Assembly: GCA_050084515.1 (NCBI GenBank)
Contig: CM114271.1
Location: 12,462,001 to 12,526,000 of the forward strand
Length of the DNA: 64,000 nucleotides
Direction: 5' to 3'
DNA from: Blasia pusilla
Lineage: Eukaryota
Numbering within the stretch: position 1 is the stretch's first letter; each line of letters starts with the position of its first letter. The notes below the pieces were generated by a model. It was given only the letters and a program-made list of their open reading frames with translations. It had not been told where the DNA came from and made no database searches. Position numbers and translations under genes: made by a program. This document shows positions 1 through 13,907 of the stretch, piece by piece.

Positions 1-949
1 GAAGAATCTGTGCATCATCAACGCAGAATTCCTTATTCGAAATGAGCTTCTCATAGAAATCTTGGCAACTTCTCCCAATAGAGATCTCCCTCTTTGGAAA
101 AAAGAACTTGTAGATGTCGCCTACATTCACTTGATTGCGTTTTAATTTGTCATAGTAGGATTTTACGTCCATCAAGTCTTCATTTTGTATTTTTTGAGTA
201 GATGTTGGCCGCAATTGCACCCTCAATTATAGGAGTTCTTGTGTGACTCGCATCACATTATCCTTGTCAAGCCCTTGGAGCGGTCTCAAGTTGGTCCTCT
301 TGAGCCTCCTCTTCTCAACCCTTTTTTTTATGTCTCAGCCAGTACTCGGAGTACGCGATACCATCTCGAGCCATGAGTTTACCTTCCTCGTAGGCAACCA
401 TGATAGCATGCCACATATTCCATGTCGCGGGAGAGCAATTGTAGAGGAAGGTTTTTATCTCCCTGTGGCTGGAACCAAAATGGGTGTTCAACCTCTTCAT
501 CATGGTCAACAGAAACCATGGAACTTAAGTATGATTAGAATACCAATGAGAACATGTCAGAATGATTAAAGATAGAGATGGCATGTGTGGTCAATGTTCT
601 ATCAGAATTCAAGTTCTAATTCGAAATTCAAATTTTGATTCGAATGGTACTGCATTAGCGATCCTCAATGCAAGGAAACCCACCACTTCTCCAATCTTCT
701 TCTTCTTGGTCTTCTTGATCGTTGCCAAAAGTGGCAATATGCATTCTTATCGAAATCTCCACTTTGCTGGCATATGCGTCCACTTTATTGTGAAGTGAGG
801 AGAGGCTGCAATACCGAAGATGGTTTTGAGGAAAATCTTCTCCCCAAACTACAGTACACAAAAGACTTTGGAAAAAAATCGTCCCCGGTTGTCTCATAAA
901 GTTTAGAGAAGGCGACTCTTGTATGCTCACCAGCAATTGCCCACTAGTA

Positions 950-3350
950 GATTTTTGTACCATCACGTAGGTACCCATTCACTATCTCCTCTTTTGAGGG
1001 GACAACTAGTAAATGGTCCCCCCAATATTCATCACATGCTCTTGCAATATTGTATGTACAAGGAACAACAATAGATGTGTTTATATTTTTCGCTATGATA
1101 TTTCTAGTCCCTAAGAGACTATAGTCAGGGCATTCACTCGCTCCTCATAAAGCTCCCTCGTTTTGATGTCAAGCGGGGCAAGTTTGAGATCATTGATATC
1201 TAATCAAAAGATTTTCAAAGAATAGATCGGAATATGAAGATCCTTGAACTGCTCCCACAATCTCTGTTGTACCGGTCTCGCACACTCGACGAGTTCCTGT
1301 GTTGCCATCTCCACTTTGCTGGCATCCTAAACGAAAACGAAGTCTAGGCGACTTCGTTTTCCTAGACTATGACAATAGACCGAATCTCTAACACAGAGTC
1401 TGTAGCCTTTGCTAGACAAGCACTTGTCGTCTCTTTCCCCAACCCAAGGCACGCTACCTTTTTTTCTTCTTGTACCATCAATGGTAATGCAAAATCAGGG
1501 GTAGGAACCCCGGTAGCTACCCGAATCATCTCTCTAAAAAATTTACCAATATCCTGAATTTCTGATGAAACAGGACCTCTCATCACTAGCTCCTGGATAT
1601 TGGAGGGAAGAGTTTGAACTCCCAAATCCAGTTTGGCTCGGTAAATGACGGATTGAGTAACATCCACATGCTAGTTCTTTTCATTATCCTTGTCTAAAAG
1701 ATGCAACACCAAGAACGTGTCACTAGCAACAATGCTACATCCAATCAAGCGTATTCCACCCAAAATTATGCTCTCCTTCCTTGCAAGTTTGATATTCAGT
1801 CTTATTTTGGATACCCCTTGCGTAGCCGATATTCTAAAGTTCATCCCATCAACCCAAAAAATCGGCTTTACGAAATTCAAATTGAAAGGCACTCTTTGGT
1901 CGTGGATCAAAGCGCCTATAACCTTTGTCCGGGTAAGAATCTGCTTCTTAAAAATGATTGTAGACTGAAAAAACTTTACTGCTACACGAGAATTCATAAG
2001 CAATGCGTTATACATAGGAGAGAAAATCCATTTCTTAACACATGATAGGCAAGAATCGAGAAATATAGCACTCATCATAAATCCATTGAGTGCGACCATA
2101 TATAGACGTGAACTAACCTTGGTGAATTGGAAACTGGAGATCTCCACAACCTCAGGAATTTGAAACTCAGTCCCTTGGGCACTTGTTGCTCTAGTCTATG
2201 GTGGAATTCAATGAGCTAAAGATTTTGAAACCAGGGGGTCCACTGACACCACCAAATTCAATCCGAACTCTTGATTGAAAAACGTATCAATTGTTGTCCT
2301 TCCGTTTCTCTCGCAAATCTAGGAATTGATACTAAAACTTACAAGGATGACGTATCCAACACCTGACTAAACCCAACAAAGATGACGTCCACCTTGGTCA
2401 GAAACTCAATGTTCGAAAGAGGAGGAAATTTGACAGTAGCCTGATTGTCTTACAAGATTCCTTACCCTAACATATATTCCAATCTACCCCCGCGGTTCAA
2501 TCAAACTTCCATATTAGGTACTAGCGTACATTCGCCCGCTAAAACTATGTAGGCTCGCATGGCTACAATAGAGTAGATTTGTAGGGTAGTTGGAGAATTA
2601 CTCCCTCCAAACCTCTAACAATTAAAACACGAAGTAGTGAACGGTAGCAATTCTTCATGATTGGTTCTTTCTCCACAGTACAAACAACTTAGCACAACGC
2701 TGAAGAGGTACTACGTCTGAATCGCCACAACGTCAGAAGTTGTGATATCTTCTCAAGGGATACCAAGTCTAAAGGGTTTCTAAGCCTGAAGGGCTACTAC
2801 GTGTGAAGCGTTTGCAAACTTAAAGGGCTACATGGATATAGCACTACCACGTCCGAGAAGGTACTACGTGTGGATCCTTACCACGTCAAAAAGGCTACTA
2901 CGTCAGAATGTTACCGCGTCTGAACGGACCATTCCAACATTTGAAGGGGTACTACGTTCAAACCATTAGCAGGTTAGGCTTTTGACGGCTTGCAATAGGA
3001 TCTCAAGTCCATACTTGAATGAACATGGCAGATCATAATATATGTGGTTCCCAGGTGTAGATCTTAACATACTAATCGTTACGTCCGTTATCCAAATGGC
3101 ACGAGCCAATCCCTTCAATGAGTAAATACACTGTCAGGAAAAAGCCCAAGCGTCAAAGGCCAAGAATTGTGGCCTTTGACGTTCCTCCTTCTCTTTGTCC
3201 CTCCACCATTATCTACTTTAGTAAGATGGGACAAAAGGAGAGAATTTTACACTACAAACGTAGTAGATATATAGACCAGTGACCTAACTCCTAGAAAAGC
3301 ACGGCTAGCCAACTGCAAAACACATTCAGAAGTAAAACGCAGTAAGGCGG
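950..3350 (-). pseudogene. Heavily decayed retroelement gag/protease-like debris
   Basis: Minus-strand fragments: a degenerate zinc-knuckle-like string near 3270-3300 (C-F..ELGHWSIY), a Ser/Arg-rich ~33-bp repeat block at 2700-2970, and a possible retropepsin remnant (ALLMNSRVAVKF, cf. DSGA motif) in ORF 1671-2147. Many stops; no RT seen. Confidence 0.3.
2700..2970. repeat. Short imperfect tandem repeat, ~33-bp unit (core GAAGGG(C/G)TACTACGT)
   Basis: Core visible about five times (near 2702, 2788, 2857, 2890, 2944). Unit is a multiple of 3, consistent with a former coding repeat. Confidence 0.7.
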
Positions 3351-3889
3351 TTGCAGGCCTTAGCGCCGCAATTGCACTTTGACAACCTCCTTTGAATCAG
3401 CCAAAGTTCCTTGTCCTAATCTATAGTAATTATTCCCAATGACATCGCTAGCCTCTACAGGGACTACATAAGAATTAGAACTTTAGATTGAGTTCCAGAA
3501 ATGCAAACTCATTCCAACCCAATTAGCAATTGGAACTCTAGTTCCGAAAGAACAAGCTGGCTTTGGTCGGTCGAGAGTACCTAAGAATCGGAACTATAGA
3601 TCTAGTTAAACAAACGATAACTGAATCCAATTCCCTAAACCATTTTTGTAACTCTACATTTAGGGTGTGAATTGGAAGTGTAGTTGCAAACCCTAAAACC
3701 TAAACACTGACATGCACAACACTTCTAGAAATGATAGAATGACCGAAATACCTTCACGAAGGGCACTCAGGAATCCAGCTCTGCATGCCATCTCCCGCCC
3801 CACAATAAAAGCCATAGATTCCATTGCACCGGAAGTATGGATCTAGGCTCAGTTTGATAGCTTTGAATCCAAAAATGAATGGATACCTA

Positions 3890-6800
3890 AACCCGTGCTT
3901 TCAGAACTAGAGTTCCCAAATCCAATCGCTGGCCTCTATGCCTGCTATCTCAAAATAGGAACTATAGCTCTAGTTCTTGAAAAGAGAAGGAGGATCAATC
4001 GCAACTCATGTTTCGGTTCCAGACACGATAACTGAGTCCCAACGGTTGCTTTCGGAACTGTAGTTCCCAGATGAGATCGCGGGCCTCCTTCCTGGCTTCC
4101 TCACCATCAAAACCCTAGATCCAATCTTGAAATGAGAAGGAGGATCAATTCCTCACTATTGGAACTAGAGATCCAATTCTTGAAATGAGAAAGAGGATCA
4201 ATCGCAACTCAGGTTCCAGTTCCTGGTATAACGACTGAGCCCGAACATGGGCGTTTGGGACTGTAGATCCTAAATGATATTATGGGCCTCCTCCTTCGCT
4301 TCCACACCATTGGAACTAGAGAAGGACGATGAATCAGAACTTAGGTTCTGATTCCATACACAAGGATTGATCCCGAACGGATGCTTTTGGAAGTGTAGTT
4401 CCCAAATGAGATCGCCGTCCTCCTTCTAAGCTTCCTCACCATCGGAACCCTAGATCTAGTCTCAAAATGAGAAGGAGGATCAATCGGAACTCAAGTTCCG
4501 GTTCCAGAGATGGGAGTCCCTACCTAAACGAGGCCTTTTGGAACTGTAGTTCCCAAATCAAATCGCCGGCCTCCTTGTCGAATTCTTCACTATCAGCACT
4601 AGAGATCTACTTCTTGAAATGAGAAGCAGGATCAATCGAAACACAAGTTGTGTTTCCAGATACGGGAGACCCTACCTGAATGAGGGCTTTCAGAATTGTA
4701 GTTCCCAAATCAAATCAGCGGCCACTTTCTTTACTACCTCACCATCGGATCTCTACTTCCAATTCTCTAAATGAGAAGGAGGATCAATCGAAACACAAGT
4801 TCCGGTTCCAGAGACGGGAGTCCGGAATTGGAACACAGATCTCGATTCCAAACTCAAAAATTGAGTCTAGATGGCTACTTTTGGAACTGTAGTTCTCAAA
4901 TCAAATCTCCGGCCTCCTTATCAGATTCCTTAATATCAGCACTAGAGATCTTGTTCTCAAAATGAGAAGCAAGATCAATCAAAACATAGGTTTCGGTTCC
5001 AGATGCGGGAGTCCCTACCTAAACAAGGGCTTTCAGAACTGTAGTTCCCAAATCAAATCACCAGCCTCTTTCCTTACTACCTCACCATTGGAACTCTAGT
5101 TCTAGTTCTCAAAATGAGAAGGAGGATCAATTGGAACATAGGTTCTGGTTCCAGAGACGAGAGTCCCTACCTAAACGAGGGCTTTCAAAACTATAATTCC
5201 CAAATCAAATCGACGGCCTCTTTCCATGGTACCTCACTATCAGAACTATAGTTTTACTTCTCGGAATGAGAAGGATGATGAATCACAACTCAGGTTTTGG
5301 TTCTAAACTCGACAATTGAGCCTGAACGGCTGCTTTTAGAACTAGAGATCCAATTCTCAAATGAGATCGCGGACCTCCTTATTAGATTCCTCGGTATCGA
5401 AAGTAGAGATCTCATTCTTGAAGTGAGAACGAAGATGAATCGAAACTCAGGTTCTGGTTCCATACATGACAACTAAGCCCGAATGGGTGCTTTTGGAACT
5501 CTAGTTCCCAAATGAGTTTGTCATCCTGCTTCTCAGCTTCCTCACCATCGGAACTCTACATCGAGTTCTCGAAACTAGATGGAGGATCAATCAAAACTCA
5601 GGTTCCGGTTCCATACATGAGAGTCCATCACTGAACGAGGTCTTTTGAAACTGTAGTTCCCAAATCGAATCGCCGGCCTCTTTCCTTCCTACCTCACAAT
5701 CGGAACTCTAGAATCATCTAGCTCTCAAAATCAGAAGGATGATCAATCGAGACTCAGATTTCGGTTCCAAAGACAGGAGTACCAACCTAAACAAGGGCTT
5801 TCGGAACTGCAATTCCCAAATCAAATCGCCAACCGCTTTCCTTACTACCTCACCATCGGAACTCTAGTTCTAGTTTTCGAAATAAGAAGGAGGATCAATC
5901 AGAACTTAGGTTCCAGTTCCAGAGAGGAGAACAGAGCCCAAACCGCTACTTTCAAAATCTGTTGTTCTCAAATCAAATCGACGGCCTCTTCCCTTGCTAC
6001 CTCACTATCGGAACTCTAGATCTACTTCTCGAAACGAAAAGGAGGATGAATCGGAACTCAGGTTCCGGTTCCAGACTCGACAACTCGAGCCCCGACGGCT
6101 GCTTTCAAAATTGTAGTTCCCAAATAAGATCGTGAGCCTCCTTATTGGATTCCTCGCTATCGGCATTAGAGATCCCGTTCTCAAAATGAGAAACAGGATC
6201 AATAAGAACTCAGGTTCCGGTTCCTGACACGAAAATTGAGCCCGAACGAGAGCGTTCGGAGTTGTACTTCCCAAATTGATATTGCAGGCCTTCTTCCCAA
6301 TTTCCATGCCATTGAAACTAGAGATCCATTTCTTGAAATGAGAAGGAGGATGAATCAGAACTCAGGTTCCGGTTCCATAGACGAAAGTCCATCTCTGAAG
6401 TTCCCAAATGAGTTCGTCGTCCTCCTTCCCGGCTTCCTCACAATCGGAACTCTACATCCAATTCTCAAAATTAGAAGGAAGAGCAATTGGAACTCAGGTT
6501 CTAGTTCCAGAGATGGGAGTCCCTATCTAAACCATGGCTTTCGAGATTGTAGTTGATAAATCAAATCGCTAGCCTCTTTCCTTACTACCTCACCTTCAGA
6601 ACTCTAGTTTTAGTTCTCGAAATGAGAAGGAGGATCAATCGGAACTCAGGTTCTGGTTCCAGAGACAAGAGTCCCTACCTAAACCAAGGCTTTTAGAATT
6701 TTCGTTCCCAAATCAAATCAGTGGCCTCTTTTCTTACTGCCTCACCATCGAAGTGAGAAGGAGGATCAATTGGAACTCAGGTTTCGGTTGCAAAGACGGG

Positions 6801-7430
6801 AGTCCCTACCTAAACCAAGGCTTTTGGAATTGTAGTTCCCAGATCAAATCGCTGACCTCTTTCTTTACTACCTCACCATTGGAACTCTAGTTCCACTTCT
6901 TGAAATGAGAAGGAGAATTTATCGGAACTTAGGTTCCGGTTGCAGAGAAGGCAACTGAGCTCAGACTGTTGCTTTTGGAACTGTAGTTCCCAAATCAAAT
7001 CGCCGGCCTCTTTCCTTGGTACCTCACCATCGAAACTCTAGATCTACTTCTTGAAATGAGAAGGAGGATGAATCGGAACTCAAGTTCCGGTTCCAGACAC
7101 GATAATCAAACCCAAACGGCTGCTTTCGGAATTGTAGTTCCCAAATAAGATGGCGGGCCTCCTTATCGGATTCCTCACTATCGGAAGTAGAGATGCAATT
7201 CTCAAAATGAGAAGGAGGATCAATTAGAACTCAGGTTCCGGTTCCTCACACTAACCCTGAGCCCAAACAGAGGCATTCGAAACTATAGTTCCCAAAAGAG
7301 ATCGCGGGCGTTCTTCCCAGCTTCCTCACCATTGGAAGTAGAGATCCAATTCTCGAAATGAGAAGGAGGATCAATTGGAACTGCCATTTTGGTTCCAAAA
7401 ATGATAAGGGAGCCCTACCCTAAACCTTGA
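3890..7430. repeat. Tandem satellite array, ~151-152-bp monomer, ~23 copies, two monomer subtypes
   Basis: Anchor GAACTGTAGTTCCCAAAT recurs at 4390, 4541, 4693, 4884, 5036, 5188, 5339 ... 6978, 7129, 7280, mostly 151-152 apart. Each unit also contains GAAATGAGAAGGAGGATCAATCGGAACTCAGGTTCCGGTTCC. More degenerate copies extend left to ~3480. Confidence 0.95.
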
Positions 7431-8929
7431 CAAGCGATCTTCCTTTGGGCTCGAAAGTCATAGCATGTGAAACCCCTAAGAGGCGTTTTCTATCTTGCCG
7501 CAATTGACATCAAAATGAACTCCTGTTAAACTCCATCGTAGACCAGATCAACAACAACACAAGTGTTGCATTCGGAAGGAGAAGAAAAAAGAACCTCACG
7601 GTTGTATTTCCGCGTTGACCTACAAAAGATCAACAACCGGGTGCTCACTTGTAGAGCAAGCGCTTTGCACCTCCGCTGCAGAGAGATCGATAGCAAAAAA
7701 ATGACCTAGGGAAACGTGGCTACTTATACTTGTCATTCATGACAGACTCGATGTTTGACTAGCAGTCCAGATTAGATCCATGTCATCACACCTACGTTAC
7801 TTAACCTAATACTCGCATCCATTTCAAAATTCAAATTTGGACGTCACAGATTCAAGATCTATATTAGGAGAATATATTACGCATTAGATCAAAACCACAT
7901 ATGTTGAATTCATTCGAGCTACTCCTCAATCAATTATGAAAACCAATGGCTGAGATTGATGAAAGGGCATGGATCGATCACCTCAATAAGAATGGTTTTC
8001 TAATGGAATTAGCGAGGATTATATAGGATTCCAACCCAACCTCGTGAGCCCAGTATCCCAACTCCTTTGTCCCTCCCCAACCATTCTCTTCAATCCATAA
8101 GGGTGCTATACCACATGATCACAATCATAACCATAGTCTAGAGACGTCAGGCCTCCACATATCGTAAGCTTATGAATTGAACCTCTAGACGGGCTCTACA
8201 CATAAGTCCTCTATTTTTTCCTCTTCTCGGCCATCTTTCCTTTCATAATCCATTCCACTTAGGGTCTCTATCCACACACATTTCCCTTCTCACGAGGGCC
8301 TCTGCTTGTCCAACAAATTAATTTTTAACTTCAAATCTTGCTTCATCATCATCACTCGATAAGCAGATCACCTTGATACAGAGTCGAATCACCTCAAAAT
8401 AATCCTGCAAGTATGACAGAAACTCCGTAATTTGTGATTTCCGGTACTATTTTTGGAATAGATTTACACAGGGGACCATAGTTGCTGGTGCAGTAAAAAT
8501 TATATCCAACCGCGTCAGATAGGTCTAACCCAGCACGAGGTTTCTAGGCAAAGCTCTAGAGCCTGAATCGGATCTGAAGATCTGATTCCACCTGAATTGT
8601 CCAATCTACTTTTACAAAATCGCCGGAAGTGCCCTTCCCATATCCAGAAGAGATACCTTAGGTTCTATAACCTAGGATCTTACGATCCGATTGAAACTCA
8701 TTCAGAACTTGAGTTCTCATTGGGCTTTTGTACGTGCATGACGCCCATTGAAAAGATAGCTAGTTGGAAGCATAGTTCCGAATCAGGAATTTGTGCATGA
8801 AGTCAATGCCAGAATCGGCTCTAAAGATCCAACCGAGAGCTTCACTCGTGAAAAGTGTGGCCCTCAAAGGTATTTTTCCGATTGATACTATAGATCCGAA
8901 AATGTGGAGGTGACGTCCACCTTAGAAGG

Positions 8930-9995
8930 TCAGGTGAGAGTTTGTCAATCGGATGGCGAGTTGTCCATCTCCAACTTTTGCGGAAAGGCGCCCAATGTTC
9001 ATTCGAATGGGATCTTAACATCCGTTAGAAGATTACCAAAGTTCCAATCGGACTTGCCCTTCCTCATCCCGATTCAATCTTAAGGTGCAATTCACCCACA
9101 GTCCACTGTCCCTTCACAAGGATCTTAAGATCCAAAAAAAGGACATTCGGCCCAATGTTCTTTTGAATGGGATCTTATAATCCATTGGAAGGTCATTCGG
9201 AACTACACTTCCCAATCACCTCTAGGTGAGAGAATGTTGGCCTTCTGGCTCGGAAACTCTCTCTTGACTTTATTAGGAACATTCGGAACTATAGTTCCAT
9301 TCGGAGAACTATGCTAGAGGCTGATGCTTTTCTCTACTTAAGAGTGGACCTTAAGATCCACCCTTTCCAACAGAATCTTAAGATCCAATTCGACCTTTGT
9401 CCTGTGACGCTTATATTAGATCTTAAGATCCAATTCAAGGTCATTCGAACATCCGTGGACAGTCCACATTTCTTCTTAACACATAACCCACGATTCACAG
9501 AATCGCGATAGATGCGCAAAGTAGTTTTTTTCAACTCTCTGATGACTTCATAATGGGGATGGCTCCTCGCAGCAATTGAAACCAGAGTTCTAATCGGACT
9601 TACCCTTCCTCATCCCAATTGGATCTTAAGGTCCAATTCACCCACAATCCAATGACCCTTCGATTGGATCTTAAGATCTGAATTAAGGACATTCAGCCAT
9701 CTGCGTGCTTGTCAGCGGAACCTTCCACTATCACTAGAAGTTGTTCGGTCCTGTCTCGCGTAGAGGCGCCTGATGTTCTTTCAAATGGGATCTCAACATC
9801 TGTTGCAAGGTCATCCGTAACTACAATTCCCAATCACCTCCAGGTGAGAGAATGTAGGCGCAAAGCAGGTTATTTTGAACTTTTTGGTGACTTTATTAGG
9901 TGGATGGCACATCTCCACATTTGGAACCAGAGTTCCAATCGGACATGCCTACAAGTTGTCACTCTTCCCGAATGGATCTTAAGGTCCAATTGGCC
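8930..9995. repeat. Cluster of imperfect repeats built around the palindrome GGATCTTAAGATCC
   Basis: Palindrome or near-copies at ~9010, 9120, 9170, 9346, 9374, 9418, 9621, 9666, 9975. Longer duplicated segments also present (GTTCCAATCGGACTTGCCCTTCCTCATCCC near 9040 and 9585; CCCAATCACCTC.AGGTGAGAGAATG near 9210 and 9830). Confidence 0.85.
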
Positions 9996-10067
9996 CATGA
10001 AATAAGATGATTACAGTTTTGTCCCATTTTCCATTCGGCGTATGGCTAACAATTAATTGCCACTTCG

Positions 10068-13000
10068 ATGTTATGGTGCAGATTACACATTGATGCAATG
10101 GAATTCTGCATCGGTGATGTAGTATATCTACAAGATAGATCATCCATCTCTGTTGGAAGAGCTAAAATTGTGGACACAAATTCCGAGAGAATAGTCCACA
10201 ACATACCACTTGGTAAGGACTCCTTTTACATGTCTCTCAAGGAAGTCTTTGAAAGTTCAACAAGCACTTACAATGGAGAATCTCTATCTGATTTCATTGG
10301 AACATTCATCACATGGCCTCGTAATGGAGGTACAACAACTAATACATGTGGTGGACGTGAGGATATGGAAGGAGAGCCTCATTGCCCCACACAGTATTCA
10401 AAGAAAGTTTTCCTAAAATATTCAGAGGGATCAAAGCTTCTTATTGGTTCAGGGTGTATTGCCAAAAGCTTTGATTCACATGAGATCTAACCTATGTCCT
10501 TCTTTGATGACCAACGGCAACCGTGGATGTGCGTAATAGTTAATGAGTCATACTACAAACCAGCTACCCACCAGATGGAAGAAGGCTAAAAGACATGTTG
10601 GGAATGTTTGCAAAATATCCCAAATATCTTATTATAGAAAAATACAATGATACCATGGATATTAGGAAGAGGAAGCACTCAGCGTGCAATATCTCCACGG
10701 ATGTACAAGTTGCCGTTCCCATGATTGGTCGTATGGAATGAGTCCTTTTACCGGTGCAACTTACAAAGAATGATGGATGTTTAAATATCGGAGAGGGAAT
10801 TGTTCACTACGTCAATCCAAATGATAAAATTGGTTGTCAAAGATAGGGGGATCACCAAGTTGGCGTATTCATTACCAACATCACGAGTCGTCTTACACAC
10901 CACAAGGTTCTTGAAAGGAACTTAGTCATATGGCCTACCGCATCCTGTATTGTTAAAGATGGACGAGACTTATGGACATCCTACTTGGAGTGTTCAACCG
11001 TGTCCCGAGGGGCCGTTGAAGAAATAAGAGGCAAGAGGAAGTGATCTTACACGTGCACTTATCTATGTAAAAAGCGATGTCTACCAGGAGCTACCAAAAC
11101 AAAAAAAAAGCTAACAGAGGAAAATATATCACAAGTGGCATCAAAAAACTGTTGCGGACAATTCTGTTGCCAATATACACCGAGAGATGTTGTTTGTTCA
11201 AGCAGAGAGAAGTATTGGAACAAATCCTTTCAGGAATGAAGGGAATCACTCCACGCCATGGTCCATTTGTCTTACTTTATTGACGGACAAAGGGTTGTGC
11301 AATTGGAAAGTAGAACGGTGTGCCTTCCAGGTTAGCGACAGATCCATTGTCTTGGAAAAATGAGCTTCGAGGACAAAGTAAGAAATGTTAGAGATAGCAA
11401 GAGGCGGACGGGGCATGGGAATCTCGGAAGAAATTGCATAACCTAGAGGACGGCGCAAGCGGTGGAAATGGTCAAGCTGATAATTGAGGAGACTGGAGAT
11501 CGGATGCTTCACAAGGAAAGAACAATGTCAGACGGGAGAAGAGAGGAATTGATTCGCTTGCCTCAATTTTTCTCTTGGAAGTATATATGAGAAGTAGTCA
11601 ATAAGGAAGGAGAGAAATTGGGATTAGCAGGAGTCTCACAATCAACTATCAATCAAATCAAAAAAGTAATATTTCCCCAATGTTGCTATTCATAAATCAG
11701 GTGATAGCTTTTCTTGCTATGCGATATGTGCAATGCTGAAGTCTCTGGGAAATACTGCATCGACAATTGAGGAGACAACTGTTGTTAAGGAACGGACAGT
11801 TGAACATGATGACCTACAAAGGTCTCAAAGGAGTTTATATTACATTTGGCGAGCAGAATCCGTGTGCCATCCCGAGTCTTATCTTTGCCTAATCCACGAC
11901 AAAATGGATAGTTTCGAAAGAGGTTTGCCAAGAGCGTAGCAACAAACCAAAGATTTGGCTCTGGCTCAACCGTTTCCAATTACTTGTATAGGTAAATATT
12001 GCGGAATAACACTCCATTATACTTGAAAATGGTTAAGGGTGCAGGTGACAGTCAGCAAGTTCATAGGGCTATATTGACCCTCTTCACATAATAGGACTTA
12101 AGTTCCCATTTTTAATCCACACCCAAAATTGTTTCCTAAGGAGAAAGAAATTGGTCTATGTTTGATCCATTAATCGAAACTGAAGTTCTCATAGGGTGTT
12201 ACATTTCTTATATTTCTTGCCTAATGGAACTTACGAACGCATGTATTACTTGCCGCAGGTACCCAATTTGGAGAAACAAGTACCTTCTTTAGGTACTTGA
12301 ATATTAAGTTGAATTAACTTTTACTCACTCTTTTTCTTATTGCAGGTATCTTGACTCATGGGCATGGACCGTGTGCGATTGCTTAATTTAGCATAGGAGT
12401 TTACAAGCACAGATCTAATTGGACAATTGGATCATTGGCAAAGTTGTTCCGGAGTTTGGAAAACCCCCGCAGTGAAATACAAGAATTCTTGGACGGGCCC
12501 GACCTCATTCCACTTCACAGTCGATTCTTAAAAGGAAGGGAAAAGCTTAATGGATTACTCCGTGTAGCTTGTAGGCTCACGGAGTCTGCCAAAGAGGGAC
12601 CAAGGAAGCTGCCTAAGATTATGAATCTAAAAATGGACAACTCTGGAAAAGATAAAAAAAATATTTACGTCATGGCGTATTTGGCTCTTCTTGTTCATAG
12701 GGAGTTATTCAAAGAGATTCACTTGGCTTTTCTCATCCCCGGGCACACTCACAAAGATATTGATGCTATGTTTAGCAAGTTCTCGGGAACTTTATGGCAA
12801 CACAATGCATACACCTTGAAATATCTTGCGACACAGTTTTTGAACTCCACCTCATCAAATCTAGCACCACGTGTGGTTCAAGACATTCCCGACTTCAAGG
12901 GGTACTTAAAAGGTTTCATCGGGCCATCAATGAAAAATCAGTGGTATGGACTGCAGAAGCTAGATCATTTCTGATTTACTAGATCTCCGGAGGGTATGCC

Positions 13001-13907
13001 CATCATGGATTACAAGATGTATGGTTCTGATAAAGAGTGGATGCCGAATGAGCGTGGTTATGACGTGTTTTTACGTCATGAAATTACTGAACATCCCCTT
13101 ATCCCTACTGGGAATCCAAAGCGCTTACTGCCCACATCCTTGAAGGCATTTTCCAATGTGAAGAAAGGTGTATCTTAGTACATTGAGTACTTTGATAAGA
13201 TGGGAAGCAAGTCTTCCAAGGGCACAAAGGTGGAGTTCCAACAACTAGCACGGCAGTGGAGGAAGACGATCGAGGAATTGGTCCGATTTTTTCCTCATGG
13301 AAACCCTGAGAACAAGGTTCAAAACTTGCGATTAAATCACAAAACAGCACCAAATAAAGATTCTTCTACCAAGAATAGGACCAGTTTGATAGCCCATGAC
13401 ATCGCTTCATCGTTCTCTGAGACATTGGAAGATTTTTGGCCTCTAACCAAACAAAACACTCAAGTTCTTATTATCTTTGGAAGTGAAATTCCTCCAAATC
13501 GAGATCACTATTGTGGGCCCACTAGATTCAGGCCTAGAGTTGATATGTTATCAATGGAGGAAACAGAAGTTGCATTGGTAGATTTCAATGTTGGAGACTT
13601 TGTCATAATTAGACCAAGACAAGAAAGAAACAAATACCCCATATGGATGGGACAAGTTCTAGTTGGAATTGGTGAAGATACAAATTTTAGAATTCAGTAT
13701 TGGTGGCCATTGAATACATTCGGAAGAGGGAACATAGCCCCAAGTAGGAGATATCAAAATTGGGATGTAAAAAAATGGAAGAAGAATAGTAGTGAAACAC
13801 CAATGTTGTGTCTATATGACTCGATTATAGCATCTTTTGCTAATTCAACATACGCAATAGAGGATGGACTAGTGAGTATCACCGTTGACATGGTTAATTT
13901 TGTCTAG
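10068..13907 (+). pseudogene. Decayed DDD-type DNA transposase (Sola-like / DUF7869-type) with flanking beta-barrel-like modules
   Basis: Motifs in order: IHDKMD (D at 11898), GILTHGHG after a GT-AG intron (11992-12345, restores frame), LKMDNSGKDKKN (D at 12636), FLIPGHTHKDIDAMFS (12730-12780). N-terminal IGDVVYL..VGRAKIV..VHNIPLG..GTFITWP resembles the Tnp1/En/Spm-associated domain. C-terminal VGDFVII..YPIWMGQV..FRIQYWWP. Multiple stops and frameshifts. Confidence 0.75.

Noticed and set aside
4680-6556. ORFs within the satellite
   Set aside because: Chance open frames in tandem repeat; neighbouring monomers contain stops.
3890-7430. CRISPR-like array (regular palindromic repeats)
   Set aside because: The sequence between palindromes is itself repeated rather than unique spacers, the context is eukaryotic, and no cas genes are present.
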